From positions 62,001-126,000 of IMG/VR virus record IMGVR_UViG_3300017963_000190: 64,000 nucleotides of DNA; one strand, written 5' to 3'. The position numbers and the translations under genes are program-made. Shown in pieces: positions 9,240 through 19,556 of this stretch. The notes under the pieces are model-generated. The model saw nothing but the letters and a program-made list of their open reading frames with translations, was not told where the DNA came from and ran no database searches. Position 1 is the stretch's first letter, and the number at the start of each line of letters is the position of its first letter.

Positions 9240-9260
9240 AACTTCTCCTGTGTTTCTCTT

Positions 9261-10340
9261 TTAGCTGTTCAAGAACTCCCAGTTGCCTATGCCATGTCCC
9301 CATTTACTGAGGATGACCTTTGGCAGCAGTGGGCAGTAGTAGTGAAAGGCAGCTCGTTTTGTGGGTTGAACTGGAAAGGTTTTTCTCAAGATAGACGACC
9401 ACTGTGGATATTCTGTGGTCATGTACGGAAGCAACTGGGGGAATTTGTCTGTGTCTATTATTACACCACTATCCCCCTGCATGCGCATGATGGAGCTATG
9501 AATGCCAAGCAGGTACATATTCTCCAGAACCAGGTAGCCTCCAAACACGCGGTGCGGTACATAACCTATTCCTGCCTCGGCGCAGTCTCTTAGGACAGAC
9601 TCTGGAAATCGTTTTCGGCTGAAAGAGATCACAGGAAACTTCGTGACCCCTAAAATAGTTTCGTTGGATAACAGCACCCTTGGTACTTTTTGCACTCCCC
9701 GAATGATATCTATGGACTTGAGGAACTCGTCGTCTTCGTCGGGGACGGAGATAAACGATTCTTTTTCTTTGTGTACCTGGTCGGGGATACGCCAGCCTCT
9801 ATCACGAAACTTCTCTAAGATGGGATCAAGGTGCGTATCATTGGAGGAGAGCTTTGCAGGTTCAGCACATTTGATACGTTTCTTTGTAGGAACCGCGGTA
9901 ACAGCCGCGCTCCTGGTGTAGGGGGTAAGCTGAACTCGAACAGAATCTATTTCTCCCTTTAATGCTCGAAGCTTTTGCAAAACCTGCGAGAGCGGAACTT
10001 TTATGTCTACACGCCTACCGAAAGCGCCGCGGCTGTTTACGTCCCGGTAAACAACCTTGGCCATCTCGACAAGTTTCTTAGCAGCTGGCACAAGACCGGG
10101 ATTGTCAATATTCGTGTCGAGGCTGTTTGCTAAGCATACGTGGGCGCTGTCGAGCTTTGTGTACACCTCCCCAATACGTTCCACAATTTTCTTTGGCAGT
10201 CTTTTTCCCGACGAGGTATGAGCTCGCGTGCAGCGTGATTCTAGCACACTGTACACCCTGTCCAACTTGGTGGCCGCAATATCCACGAGATTAAGAACCC
10301 CCTCGATTAAGGAGTATACATGGGGCTTAAGTTTTGGCAC
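9261..10340 (-). CDS. Hypothetical protein (359 aa)
   Basis: Long ORF with GGAGG SD; no motif recognised. Confidence 0.75.
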   Translation of the reverse strand: MPKLKPHVYSLIEGVLNLVDIAATKLDRVYSVLESRCTRAHTSSGKRLPKKIVERIGEVYTKLDSAHVCLANSLDTNIDNPGLVPAAKKLVEMAKVVYRDVNSRGAFGRRVDIKVPLSQVLQKLRALKGEIDSVRVQLTPYTRSAAVTAVPTKKRIKCAEPAKLSSNDTHLDPILEKFRDRGWRIPDQVHKEKESFISVPDEDDEFLKSIDIIRGVQKVPRVLLSNETILGVTKFPVISFSRKRFPESVLRDCAEAGIGYVPHRVFGGYLVLENMYLLGIHSSIMRMQGDSGVIIDTDKFPQLLPYMTTEYPQWSSILRKTFPVQPTKRAAFHYYCPLLPKVILSKWGHGIGNWEFLNS

Positions 10341-10541
10341 AGCTATGCCTCCGATTTGTGATCAGGGTACATGCATTATATTTACAGTTCGGGGCCTCCA
10401 TTAGCACATAAATGGATCCCCTTTTTCTGACGCCAGTGAAATTGTCGATGGGTTTGAAGCTCGAAAGAGCAGGAAGGACCTTGGAGGAGTTACAGTTGTG
10501 CTGTACTTTTTTGTGGTTGTAGTGTAGCTTACACGATCGCA

Positions 10542-11084
10542 CTAACTCACGATCTGGCGCGCGACGTAGTTAAAGTTGAAGTTGGCTATCACCCGCGCAT
10601 TGCCATCAGCAGCGTATGCTGTTTCATTTCGGTCGGTTAGCCAACAGCCCTTGTACACCCAGATTCGATACTGGGTGACGCCGCGGAACCAGAACTCGTG
10701 GGTAGTGAACGGTCGGTTTTGCTCGATGAGATCGTTGAGCTGTTGATCTGCAGAGAGCCCGAGCTGGATCTCGATCTCTTTGTCCCACATCTCAGCAACA
10801 GTTGCCGCAATGGTGAGACCTTCCCAACGCGCTGGCACGTAGTCCACCGGTTTCCCCCACGTTCTATCGGAGAGCTCGTACACATGCTCCCCGCCGCGGG
10901 CCCAGGCGCCAGTGGTGTCCCAGTTTTGAATACGTCCGATGACAGCTCCATCCACAACGATGGTGATGCCATGGTACGTCTTACTGGTAGGCGCGTGCTC
11001 GTGCGAGTAATCGAGCGGCTCGGATATTTGGCCGAAAGGATTGTCTGCAAATGGTTGATAATCAGGTACTGCAGGTGCAGGCAT
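10542..11084 (-). CDS. Tail tube protein (contractile tail)
   Basis: 180 aa; ITIVVDGAVIGRIQNW...YKGCWLT...ANFNFNY; downstream of the sheath. Confidence 0.75.
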   Translation of the reverse strand: MPAPAVPDYQPFADNPFGQISEPLDYSHEHAPTSKTYHGITIVVDGAVIGRIQNWDTTGAWARGGEHVYELSDRTWGKPVDYVPARWEGLTIAATVAEMWDKEIEIQLGLSADQQLNDLIEQNRPFTTHEFWFRGVTQYRIWVYKGCWLTDRNETAYAADGNARVIANFNFNYVARQIVS

Positions 11085-11110
11085 CTTCTACTCCGTTTGC
11101 GGGTTCTATG

Positions 11111-11473
11111 CTAGCGCAATGCTTCAAGCGTCTTTTTCAAGTCCGGAAGCATTGATTGGGCACGAACCAGTTTGCCGGTAGTCTCGGCCTTTTTGCTCCA
11201 AGCCGCTCTACGCAGGACACCACGTAGCTCGGCCGTTTCGGTTTTGGTGCTCACGGCTGCGACCATTACAGCGAGCTCTTCTACGAGAGCCCCGTTCGCA
11301 TTTGTAGGAAGCTCTTTGACTCCCAAGTAATCGAGAGCAGCTTGCTTATGCAACGGTCGTAGTCGATCGCCTATATGGCGAGCTTCTTGATGGTGTCCGC
11401 TGATAGCGAGTTTCTGCTGCACTCTTCTCAGCTTGCCGATCTCTACAGCTCTTTTTGAGGCTTCGTCCATCAT
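11111..11473 (-). CDS. Hypothetical protein
   Basis: Coupled ORF in the tail operon. Confidence 0.65.
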   Translation of the reverse strand: MMDEASKRAVEIGKLRRVQQKLAISGHHQEARHIGDRLRPLHKQAALDYLGVKELPTNANGALVEELAVMVAAVSTKTETAELRGVLRRAAWSKKAETTGKLVRAQSMLPDLKKTLEALR

Positions 11474-11907
11474 GACGTTCTCGTCCTAATGATCTCCTCG
11501 TTTGCCGGCAGCTGCGCTTGGATGTCAGCAATGCCGAACAATATAAATCTAACTATTCTTTCATTGGATGAATCCAAGTTCGTGACGGAGACAGTGTTTC
11601 GGGTTGCCGCTACTGTATCGAAATCGATTTGCGGGCTAGGGGTGTAGTCCCGCAACGCATCTGTTGGGACGTCTTCATCCGCCACAATGAAGCTGTACGT
11701 TCCACTGTAGAGGGGGTCATCACCAAACCCTAGGTCTAGTAGATGTACGATTTTAAGGTGGAGCTCGTGCCCACTCTTGTTGTACATCCGCAGCACGGGA
11801 AAGAACACCGCCTTTGCGGTTTGAATCATGTCCTCGATGGTGAAGGAAATTTCCTCGTCGGGATCCAACCGGTACGGCCACAGAAATTTAACAGGTGTGA
11901 GTCCCAT
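11470..11907 (-). CDS. Hypothetical, probably structural protein
   Basis: Beta-rich 145-aa ORF in the tail operon with an SD. Confidence 0.65.
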   Translation of the reverse strand: MGLTPVKFLWPYRLDPDEEISFTIEDMIQTAKAVFFPVLRMYNKSGHELHLKIVHLLDLGFGDDPLYSGTYSFIVADEDVPTDALRDYTPSPQIDFDTVAATRNTVSVTNLDSSNERIVRFILFGIADIQAQLPANEEIIRTRTS

Positions 11908-11915
11908 ATCTGCCT

Positions 11916-12329
11916 CTAAATCGGGCTACGCTCTTGGCCTTCTCCATCCCATTTGTTGGTGAAGTCCTTTGTAGGGCGCAGCGGAACGACTGGGTTACTG
12001 GCTTCATCTTTGGCCACACGCTGGCGCATGTCCACAGCTTCTCTTACTTTGGCCGTTCTGCCATCAATTAACTCAGCGTCAAACAATGCATAGAGATGGT
12101 TTTGTACCTGAGGGTGAAGGAAGAACACGAAGTATCCTTCTTCTCCTTCATTGTAGTCTCCGATCTCTAAATCCTTTCGAAGCATCTCCGTGTCGTCGCG
12201 CATAAGCTTTACGGTTGCACGTTTCAGTTGTTTATGCAGCGACGTGACTCCATCGTCCTCCAGCAACAGCGCGGCAACCTGAACCATGTCCTGCGATCCA
12301 TAGTAAGCCGCTGTAACACGGGCCTTCAT
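11916..12329 (-). CDS. Hypothetical protein
   Basis: 137-aa ORF directly after the sheath. Confidence 0.65.
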   Translation of the reverse strand: MKARVTAAYYGSQDMVQVAALLLEDDGVTSLHKQLKRATVKLMRDDTEMLRKDLEIGDYNEGEEGYFVFFLHPQVQNHLYALFDAELIDGRTAKVREAVDMRQRVAKDEASNPVVPLRPTKDFTNKWDGEGQERSPI

Positions 12330-12335
12330 TTAGGA

Positions 12336-15300
12336 CTACTGCCTATTGTCCCAGAACCTGGTATCAACAGAGAACAGACCAAACAGGCGTTTGATTGGGT
12401 ATCTGATGTTGTAGAAGTAGCCGAAGTGGTACAGCCGTCGATCTCTTTCATCCACAAATACGTAGATGTCCGAGCTGGAGTTGATCTGCCGTACGGTGGG
12501 TGGGTTGGTTTCCGATCCATATGGAGCGATGACACCAGAAGATACAATCGCCGCGAGCTCGTCTGAGAGGAACGCCCTGACGATTGCGACACCGGATGCA
12601 GGACTAGGCGGAACGATTGAGATCAACGCATCGTCCATGTCCCGAGCTACCTTTCTGGTAACGTAGATCTTTTGGTTCATCGCTGAGATCTCTTGGAGAT
12701 CAGGTGCGCTTGTGTCGACAGTTTGCGACTCGTTGTAGCGGAATACTCCTCCACCGACATCGCTTAGGTATAGGATGGAGGCTCCACCAAGGATAAGCTC
12801 CTCCTGCTCGTTGAACGTATTCATGTCCTCGAATGAGGTGCAGTCCTTTCGCAGCAGCGTTTGCGCTGGATCCCGGAAGGCTGCATTTCGGGCAGCACTG
12901 AACCCAGCGATGAAGGATCCATCCAGCGTGACACGGGTCGACGTTCCGTCGTCAAGCACGACAGTGCGCTCGGCGCTGTCATTAGCTACCAGTACAACAT
13001 GCCCACGTCCTGGATTGTCCCCCTGGAACTGTAGTGTTTTCTTCGCGAGGTATATGAGTGAGTCGGGGGTATCCTCGTCCCCCAGAGGAGTACCAATCGG
13101 TACACCTACCCAGAGCATCCGTTCCGCATTCTCGAATGGGTCCGCCATCTTTTCGATGGAAGACTTTGAATAGGCCAGAGCTGGGAAGAAATCGATGATG
13201 ATAAGGTCTGTGATGTCCTTTTTGGTTTCGGTGGCATCAATCGCCCGGCGGAAGTCTGCAGTAGAGAACACTTGGTTTCCTGCTGCATCTTTAACTTGCA
13301 CGAAATACGCCCCGAAGAAATCGGTATCGAAAGCGATGTCTCCAGCAATCCAAAGCTGGTTATCGGTAGACTTTGGTCCGAGTCCTCGTTCCATGTCGTC
13401 TCGGTTGAGGTACCTGATAGGAGTCTCGTACTCGCTGTCCAACCGCAGCCGCTGCGCGCTGATGTAGTAGATGCTTCCTGGAGACGGCTCCTCACCACGA
13501 TGCTCGTAGTAGATTTGTAGGTCATCTCCTGGATCTGTTGCGAAGGAAAGGTAAACGGTAGGATTGCCTGCGTCGTACACTTGTGTGTAGGAAACAAGGG
13601 AACCGTCACTCACCTTTTTCACCCAGTACACCGTTTCAGGTACATCGCTGAGAATGATGTAGTAGGCCAACGGGGTTCCTGTGACACGCCCAAGAGTGTC
13701 CTGGAAGATCTCGTCTTCTGGAATTGTTTCGTTGGCTCTTGTCCGCAGAGACCAGTCCACCTCGTCTTCGTTGACAGTGGTGAACGTGAAGATATCGTTT
13801 GTTGCGAACTGCTCCTGCGCCGGGTCGATGGTGGGGAAATTCCTGAACGCCATCGTAATACTATCCGGCAAGTCGACATAGATATCGTTGTACGGGACAG
13901 TGAAGTTACCGAAGCCGCCTTCGTAGGTGTCTGTGTACCAAGCTACTGTGATTGACTCTGATCCGTTTGTGGTCACCACATTTCCAACGGTCAGTGTGTA
14001 GAGCCTGTCGTCTTTGTCGGTGTAGTCCTGTCGTGGAGCTCTAGCGACAAAGGACCAAGTGTCTCCCTCTACGAAGTTGAATGCTTGACGGTGGCGATTG
14101 AACTTCGCTTTGAAGTCGTTCAGGAACGCGGCAGCGGTAGCTGTATCAGTGATCGCGGCACTAGCCAATGCCCAGATGTCATCGACCGGGATGTGCATGA
14201 GGTTGTCGCCGATGTGTGCTGTGTACAGTGTCTGCAGCTCTTGAGTGGCGGCAACGAGCTCCGCTTCATTGGTGGGCGCCGCGACAGTAGTCTGGTGGCT
14301 ACCAGCTCCAGCCGGATGGTACACGCCTCCACCATTATTATCGTGCGCGTCATGCTGCGTCTGCGCGTCTGCACAGAGAGTAAGTGCAGTAGCTAGGCTG
14401 TTGGCGTCGGCCGCCGTGATGATGTTGGTGGTGTCCGCTAAAGCGTGTCCAGCGCCAAGATTGATATCCACGTAGATACCGTTTTCGAGGTGCTGGTTGG
14501 TAAGAGAAGTGGGCGTTGCCTCGTCGACGGCAATCACACCTTCTGTATAGGGGAGCTCGTCGTAAGCGGACCAGATAATGTTGAACCGGCGGTTACCGCT
14601 CGGCCCATCACCTGTGGGGCCTACCGGTGGGTAGTAGACCTGCATTTTGTAATGCCTGTCCATGGTGCCGGTGTATTCGGCGTTGGGATTCATCGTGATC
14701 GAGCCGGAGTCTGTTGCGGCGGCTGCGGTCAGGTAATTTGACCCCTCAACCGGTTCAGTAGTCTCCGCGAACTGGTTGGTGTTATCGTGAGCACTGGAGA
14801 GCTCGATCATCCCGGGACCGTAGCTGTCCCACGTGAACACGTCGTCCGTGTTGAAATCGCCTGCTGTGAAATCGAAGTCTAGGACGATGGCATCGTTGTA
14901 GCCGTAAGATGCCGCGGTATCGAGTTGCACGGTTGTGGGTGTTCCTGCGGCCACCGTGAACTCTATGGAACGGCCAGCTGGGATGGCGCCGGTCCCCACG
15001 AACGCACCATATTCAGGTACCTTGTTGACTTGGCTGTTACCGCCAGATACTGGTACGATGACCAGCTCGAAAGTCGCATCGACAGCAGCGGTGAAAGCGC
15101 GGCAGTACAGCGTATACTGCATTCCGTAGTCATAGGTGTACTGGGAAGTAGTTGCATGTGCAACGGTACCTACACCTGTTCCAGCACTTTTAACAACCGC
15201 TAGGTTACGCCCAGTGAGGTGCGAGTTACTGGATCCAGGGATTAGGGCATCTGGATCGCCCCCAGAAGCATTCCCGACGATTTCGGTAACGATTCTATAG

Positions 15301-15815
15301 TCGACGAATTCCTGGTATTTGTTTTGCCCCTCACTGTCGCCTACATTCCCCATTTGCCGCAATTCATTGAATCCAAGGGGATCCAGGATGTCGTCGCGCT
15401 CTGAGCTTTGGTAGTCGATAAGGTAGGTGGCGTTCTTGTCGAACTCTGTAACTTGGATTTCGACTTGATCGTACACTCCAGAACCAGGGGTCGATTCAGT
15501 GAACTGCCACTTGTCGGTGGGAACCACTTCGCGGTTCTGCTTGTACAGAAAAGCCTCGGTTTGATCGTCGACCGCAGCGTAGGATAGCGGTGCAATGTAC
15601 GGAGCTGTCGAGGAGAAATTCAATTCCTCATCTTCGACGTATGACCGACGATGCGGCATATTGAGCACGAGCGCAAGCCTGCTCCCGCGGCCCACATAAC
15701 AGGGATACCTCGGATTGCCGGGATCAGCAGTTGGGCGCGGAATGCGAACGTAGCCGATATATGTCCCAGGGCGCACGTACCTGGCGTTTGTCAACCGGAA
15801 GTCGCCAATTGCCAT
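12336..15815 (-). CDS. Tail sheath protein with large insertion domains
   Basis: N-terminal YVRPGTYI; sheath-like C-terminus (DGSFIAGFSAA, LLRK, QEIS..Q..YV, YNIRYPIKRL). Confidence 0.85.
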   Translation of the reverse strand: MAIGDFRLTNARYVRPGTYIGYVRIPRPTADPGNPRYPCYVGRGSRLALVLNMPHRRSYVEDEELNFSSTAPYIAPLSYAAVDDQTEAFLYKQNREVVPTDKWQFTESTPGSGVYDQVEIQVTEFDKNATYLIDYQSSERDDILDPLGFNELRQMGNVGDSEGQNKYQEFVDYRIVTEIVGNASGGDPDALIPGSSNSHLTGRNLAVVKSAGTGVGTVAHATTSQYTYDYGMQYTLYCRAFTAAVDATFELVIVPVSGGNSQVNKVPEYGAFVGTGAIPAGRSIEFTVAAGTPTTVQLDTAASYGYNDAIVLDFDFTAGDFNTDDVFTWDSYGPGMIELSSAHDNTNQFAETTEPVEGSNYLTAAAATDSGSITMNPNAEYTGTMDRHYKMQVYYPPVGPTGDGPSGNRRFNIIWSAYDELPYTEGVIAVDEATPTSLTNQHLENGIYVDINLGAGHALADTTNIITAADANSLATALTLCADAQTQHDAHDNNGGGVYHPAGAGSHQTTVAAPTNEAELVAATQELQTLYTAHIGDNLMHIPVDDIWALASAAITDTATAAAFLNDFKAKFNRHRQAFNFVEGDTWSFVARAPRQDYTDKDDRLYTLTVGNVVTTNGSESITVAWYTDTYEGGFGNFTVPYNDIYVDLPDSITMAFRNFPTIDPAQEQFATNDIFTFTTVNEDEVDWSLRTRANETIPEDEIFQDTLGRVTGTPLAYYIILSDVPETVYWVKKVSDGSLVSYTQVYDAGNPTVYLSFATDPGDDLQIYYEHRGEEPSPGSIYYISAQRLRLDSEYETPIRYLNRDDMERGLGPKSTDNQLWIAGDIAFDTDFFGAYFVQVKDAAGNQVFSTADFRRAIDATETKKDITDLIIIDFFPALAYSKSSIEKMADPFENAERMLWVGVPIGTPLGDEDTPDSLIYLAKKTLQFQGDNPGRGHVVLVANDSAERTVVLDDGTSTRVTLDGSFIAGFSAARNAAFRDPAQTLLRKDCTSFEDMNTFNEQEELILGGASILYLSDVGGGVFRYNESQTVDTSAPDLQEISAMNQKIYVTRKVARDMDDALISIVPPSPASGVAIVRAFLSDELAAIVSSGVIAPYGSETNPPTVRQINSSSDIYVFVDERDRRLYHFGYFYNIRYPIKRLFGLFSVDTRFWDNRQ

Positions 15816-15979
15816 GACTTCTTCTCCTCTACACGTGTTTTATTCTGCTGACGCAAATGGGTCGTCTGTTTGCTGAGCAGGGTAAAAGAACATTGCAGGA
15901 CTGCGATGGTCCAACAGATAGTAACCTAATTTGCGTTACAGAACTGTGTTGCCGAACCAGTAATGTACCAGGTAATGCG

Positions 15980-16993
15980 TTAGCCGGAGACGACTTCCAC
16001 TTCCTTTTCGCCGATGACAGCGCCTGGAGCTTCAGCCGTTCTTTTGGTCACGATAATTTTGAAAGTACCTAGACGTTTTGGGGTAATCATGTACTGAGTC
16101 TGCATGCTGCGTACGATGGCTATTTTAGAGTTGTCGCTGTACACACGCACGGGATAAGGCATGTCTCTGATGCTGAACATCACCTTGCTACCTATCCTGA
16201 CTTTATTTGGGGCGGTCAACTCCATGTTCCAAGCACGCACGCCTTGGTATCGAGGGTCCGCCAGGTATTTTCGGTAGCTCGAATTCTCGAACTCTACTGT
16301 CATGGAAATAGAAGCCTGCCAAAGCTGGTCTCTGGGATCACCTTTAAAGGTTGAGTGGGACTTGGGTCCTGGTGTATGCTGGAGTGGTACTCGAACTTCC
16401 CAGTACACCCCACTTTGATCCCAAGGAGGGCGCAACACGTAGTTGCAGGTGTATCGCTGGTCTTGACCGAAAGCAGCTGAGACAAACGCGATCATGTCTT
16501 CTATTTGCTGCTCATCGAGCGAAGCACAAACAATTTCTATTGGGATGGGCACCACATCCATGATGCGCGTTACTTGGGTGCCGTTTTTATCTCGTGTGTT
16601 GAAGCCTTCAGTGAGGCTCCCTAGGGAAGCTGGAGTGTATGTGTAGCCGCCATCCTGTATGAATATTTGGGGCGGGGCTTCGGCCATCCCCTCAAAATAG
16701 CGAGCAATCTGAAGATGTCTGTCCTCGGAGTTTCTAGGAAGAGATTCATTGATGTGGTAGTCAATCATAAAGCTGCACGTCTGGCTCATGTACGGGTAGA
16801 ATTGTCCACCAGGGCGCAGACATGCTTCCAGGAATTTTTGGAGGGTTAGCTTCGTAATTTTTAGGTACTGTGTGCGGTCCTTGGCATAGAGCCCTTTGAT
16901 AGCGGATGCTTCTAGATCATCTACTTGAATAAGGTGAGGGAACTTTTCTTGGATTTCGTCGGTCATGTGGGATCCGTGCGCAGGTGAATGCAC
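15980..16993 (-). CDS. Probable tail completion/terminator protein with a C-terminal Ig-like domain
   Basis: Immediately upstream of the sheath; beta-rich C-terminus (VYSDNSKIA...ITPKRLGTFKIIV). Confidence 0.5.
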   Translation of the reverse strand: MHSPAHGSHMTDEIQEKFPHLIQVDDLEASAIKGLYAKDRTQYLKITKLTLQKFLEACLRPGGQFYPYMSQTCSFMIDYHINESLPRNSEDRHLQIARYFEGMAEAPPQIFIQDGGYTYTPASLGSLTEGFNTRDKNGTQVTRIMDVVPIPIEIVCASLDEQQIEDMIAFVSAAFGQDQRYTCNYVLRPPWDQSGVYWEVRVPLQHTPGPKSHSTFKGDPRDQLWQASISMTVEFENSSYRKYLADPRYQGVRAWNMELTAPNKVRIGSKVMFSIRDMPYPVRVYSDNSKIAIVRSMQTQYMITPKRLGTFKIIVTKRTAEAPGAVIGEKEVEVVSG

Positions 16994-17037
16994 CTTCCCC
17001 GGTGATTATTAAAGGATAACTTCCCTTTCAAATAATT

Positions 17038-17063
17038 TGGCCCCTAGGACAGCCTAGGGGCCA
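17038..17063 (-). terminator. Perfect 11-bp stem-loop (terminator or processing hairpin)
   Basis: TGGCCCCTAGG-acag-CCTAGGGGCCA in the gap at the end of the replication/array unit; only a weak U-tract. Confidence 0.6.
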
Positions 17064-17168
17064 GGTAATAGTGGGCCGCCGTAAAGTGCGAGCCATCAAA
17101 GCGGTGTAGTAGATGACTCACTGGGGCAAAGGAGTCCGAGTAAATTCCTCTGCTTACCAGAGAGTAAC

Positions 17169-17366
17169 CTACTTCCTGGAGACGAAAATCAATTTCAGTG
17201 CGTCCCGGGCTCTAGGTGAAATGTCTATTTTGACGTTCACGTTTCCAGTCCCCAAACAAACCGTCTCCAAGAGCTCGTTTAGTTTGTGGAGCTCTACCGC
17301 TATCTGTCGTAGAGGGTCTTCCTCAAACTCAGGCTGCACGTTTGGTTCTGTGCTACTAGTACTCAT
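17169..17366 (-). CDS. Small hypothetical protein
   Basis: 65 aa, starts 2 nt after the upstream stop, AGGAG SD. Confidence 0.6.
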   Translation of the reverse strand: MSTSSTEPNVQPEFEEDPLRQIAVELHKLNELLETVCLGTGNVNVKIDISPRARDALKLIFVSRK

Positions 17367-17368
17367 CT

Positions 17369-18799
17369 CTACTCCTGATCATCCACCCCGATCCCCCAGT
17401 GCTCCGACAGCCGATAAAAAGTCTGCTGGAACACGTACCCCTCCGGCCACGACGCCGCCCGTCTACGCCGGATGATTATGTCGCGCCACCGGTCCACGAT
17501 GCACCGAGCTTGAAGCTCCGCGATCAAAGCAGCCCGCTGGTCGTTGGTGGAGCACAGCTCCCACAGGCACCGGCTCAAAGCCTTGCGGTACGGCTCACTG
17601 CTATCGGCGGTGACGTAGGTGTTGTCGTCCGGGATGGGCTGCCCGAACTCCTCGGAGTAGATTTTCTTGCACGCTTCCTTATCCGGCAGCTTGTCGGCCC
17701 ACCCGAGCTCGCCTTCGCGGTCCCACTCCCTGGGGCTTTTGTGCGGCAAAAAGCCACCAGAACCGGAGTTGATGGTGATATCGCAGCTGATCATCAGGAT
17801 CCGCTCGAATTGGGGATCTAGGCTCGTGGGGAAGTTGTCGATAGATTTGATGGCGTCCAAGTCCTCGATGCCGAAGTCTTCGAGCTTAAAGCCCACCTTC
17901 AGCAGATTTCGTATGGAGGGCTTGAGCGTGTACTTGAGCAGGTACGCGTCGATCTGCGTGTCCCTGCCGTCGCTGCTCCCGAACCAATACGACACCTCTT
18001 CGGCGATCTCCTTGCCCGCCCAGGGATTCTCCTCCCTGTTCTGGTCGTTCGCTTCCCGGATCTTCGGCACGAGCTCAGGAGCCCCACCCAGCTTCACCAG
18101 CGTCTCAGCTGAACCGCGGTTCACGTTCCAGATGCCGTAGTTCCACCAGTCCTCCAGGGCCACTGGCTTCCCCTCAGAGTCTGTCCCCACGATGATCCCG
18201 TAGTACCCGTACCCATCCTTCCCAGCCTCCCACGTGCACTCACACTCCGCGATACGCAGGGCTATAGGAGCTCTCCAGCCACCTAAATCAGGCGTCATCG
18301 CTTTCCACGTCGCCTTGCCCACGATCCCATCTACCACGAGCCCGTAAGCTTCCTGGATGCTCTTAGCCACCCGCTCCGTGTTGGGCCCGAAGGATCCATC
18401 AGCAGTAGTCTGCCAGTCCGGCCGGTTCTTGATGTCACCAAGCTTGCTGGCCGCCATCTGAAACAGATTCGCCGACGGCCGGTTGCGGTTGCGCTGCGCG
18501 GTGATGATGCTGAGCTGGTATGTCTTTGGTGGTAGTGGCACGGGGGGATCCTCCTCGACCTGCAGCACCTCAACGGCCCCGCTGGTTATCTTGTCGAAGC
18601 CAACCGACATCGTCAGCTGGACACTTCTGTTCTCAGCAGCCAGCATCACCTCCGAGGACATGTTCTCGGTGCCGACCGCGTTAACGGTAAAAATGCTTCC
18701 AGGTTCGAGCAGAATTTCTCCGCTCATCGACGGCCCCTGGAAAGTGGCCTTGAACTGCTCTAAGATGCGGAACACATCTCCTACCTTGGGCTCACTCAT
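17369..18799 (-). CDS. Peptidoglycan-binding-domain protein with a putative lysozyme-like catalytic domain (endolysin candidate)
   Basis: PG_binding_1 motif DGSFGPNTERVAKSIQEAYGLVVDGIVGKATW; then E.G..YG...NYGIWNVN.GS and DITINSG, reminiscent of lysozyme-like folds. Confidence 0.7.
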   Translation of the reverse strand: MSEPKVGDVFRILEQFKATFQGPSMSGEILLEPGSIFTVNAVGTENMSSEVMLAAENRSVQLTMSVGFDKITSGAVEVLQVEEDPPVPLPPKTYQLSIITAQRNRNRPSANLFQMAASKLGDIKNRPDWQTTADGSFGPNTERVAKSIQEAYGLVVDGIVGKATWKAMTPDLGGWRAPIALRIAECECTWEAGKDGYGYYGIIVGTDSEGKPVALEDWWNYGIWNVNRGSAETLVKLGGAPELVPKIREANDQNREENPWAGKEIAEEVSYWFGSSDGRDTQIDAYLLKYTLKPSIRNLLKVGFKLEDFGIEDLDAIKSIDNFPTSLDPQFERILMISCDITINSGSGGFLPHKSPREWDREGELGWADKLPDKEACKKIYSEEFGQPIPDDNTYVTADSSEPYRKALSRCLWELCSTNDQRAALIAELQARCIVDRWRDIIIRRRRAASWPEGYVFQQTFYRLSEHWGIGVDDQE

Positions 18800-19010
18800 C
18801 TTGCTTCTCCTCTGGTTCCTCGTAGTTTAGGAGATCAAGCCTTCCGGTCCTGGTGACCCGAATTTCGGTGCCCGGCCGTAGCGTCAGCGTTAAAACCCGA
18901 CGCTCGGTGCCGCTGCTAACGGCGCTGAAGCTGTAGTCACCGAAGAACTTCACCTCGATGGCATCGTGTACGAGGCAGATGTCTCCCTCTTTAATCTCAA
19001 TCTCGGCCAT
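18792..19010 (-). CDS. Small array protein 5 (KxGD...LRPG module)
   Basis: 72 aa; ends EEPEEKQDE. Confidence 0.7.
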   Translation of the reverse strand: MAEIEIKEGDICLVHDAIEVKFFGDYSFSAVSSGTERRVLTLTLRPGTEIRVTRTGRLDLLNYEEPEEKQDE

Positions 19011-19209
19011 TTTCTGGTTCCTCTGCTTTCTTGGAGATGACCTTTAAATCCCCATCGAGGACCTCGATGACAGCAGCACCTGGTTTGAGGTTGAGCTCAA
19101 TGGACGAACCGTCGCTCACCAAATCTACTTTGATGCGCCCGGACACCAGGACAATCTCCCCTCGCTCGAATTCCACCTCGTCGCCTTTGGCGAGCTTAAT
19201 CTTGGCCAT
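18997..19209 (-). CDS. Small array protein 4
   Basis: Start ATG 19209 (MAKIKLAKGD); ends EEPENGRD. Confidence 0.7.
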   Translation of the reverse strand: MAKIKLAKGDEVEFERGEIVLVSGRIKVDLVSDGSSIELNLKPGAAVIEVLDGDLKVISKKAEEPENGRD

Positions 19210-19360
19210 CGCTATCTTCCTCTCGATCAGCAACTCGGTCCGCGATGAGCTCCAGGTTCTCCTCGATCGTGCAGCCGTCTTCTTCGCAGCTGATGGTTAC
19301 GCGCGCCGGCCCCACGTGGATGGTCAACTGGTCACCGGGGGCCAGCTTAGTCTTGCGCAT
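19196..19360 (-). CDS. Small array protein 3 (54 aa, absent from the ORF track)
   Basis: MRKTKLAPGDQLTIHVGPARVTISCEEDGCTIEENLELIADRVADREEDSDGQD; fills the gap with 14-nt overlaps on both sides. Confidence 0.7.
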   Translation of the reverse strand: MRKTKLAPGDQLTIHVGPARVTISCEEDGCTIEENLELIADRVADREEDSDGQD

Positions 19361-19556
19361 CCTCTGGTTCCTCTCGCTCTTTTTCTAGGACGCCCTTGCT
19401 CCTGAATACCTCGATTTGGCAGCCTCGCTCCAGCTGCAGCAACAGGGCCTGATCTTCTCCCTCCAGGGGAACCTCTCGAAAAAGGTAGGCACCATCAATT
19501 AGGACCACGGTGGTTCCTGTTGCCTTGAACTTGTCTCCCACTTTAAGTTGAATCAT
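19347..19556 (-). CDS. Small array protein 2
   Basis: MIQLKVGDKF...LQLERGCQIEV...EEPEDAQD. Confidence 0.7.
   Translation of the reverse strand: MIQLKVGDKFKATGTTVVLIDGAYLFREVPLEGEDQALLLQLERGCQIEVFRSKGVLEKEREEPEDAQD

Noticed and set aside
4325-16993. Tailocin/eCIS rather than phage (no capsid genes visible)
   Set aside because: Embedded among phage-type polymerase, topoisomerase, Dam and dcd genes in a single-strand, dense layout; head genes probably lie outside the window.
10341-17168. tRNA/ncRNA in the largest gaps (10341-10541, 15816-15979, 16994-17168)
   Set aside because: No cloverleaf or T-loop/D-loop consensus found by eye; an Infernal/tRNAscan run would be needed to exclude novel RNAs.
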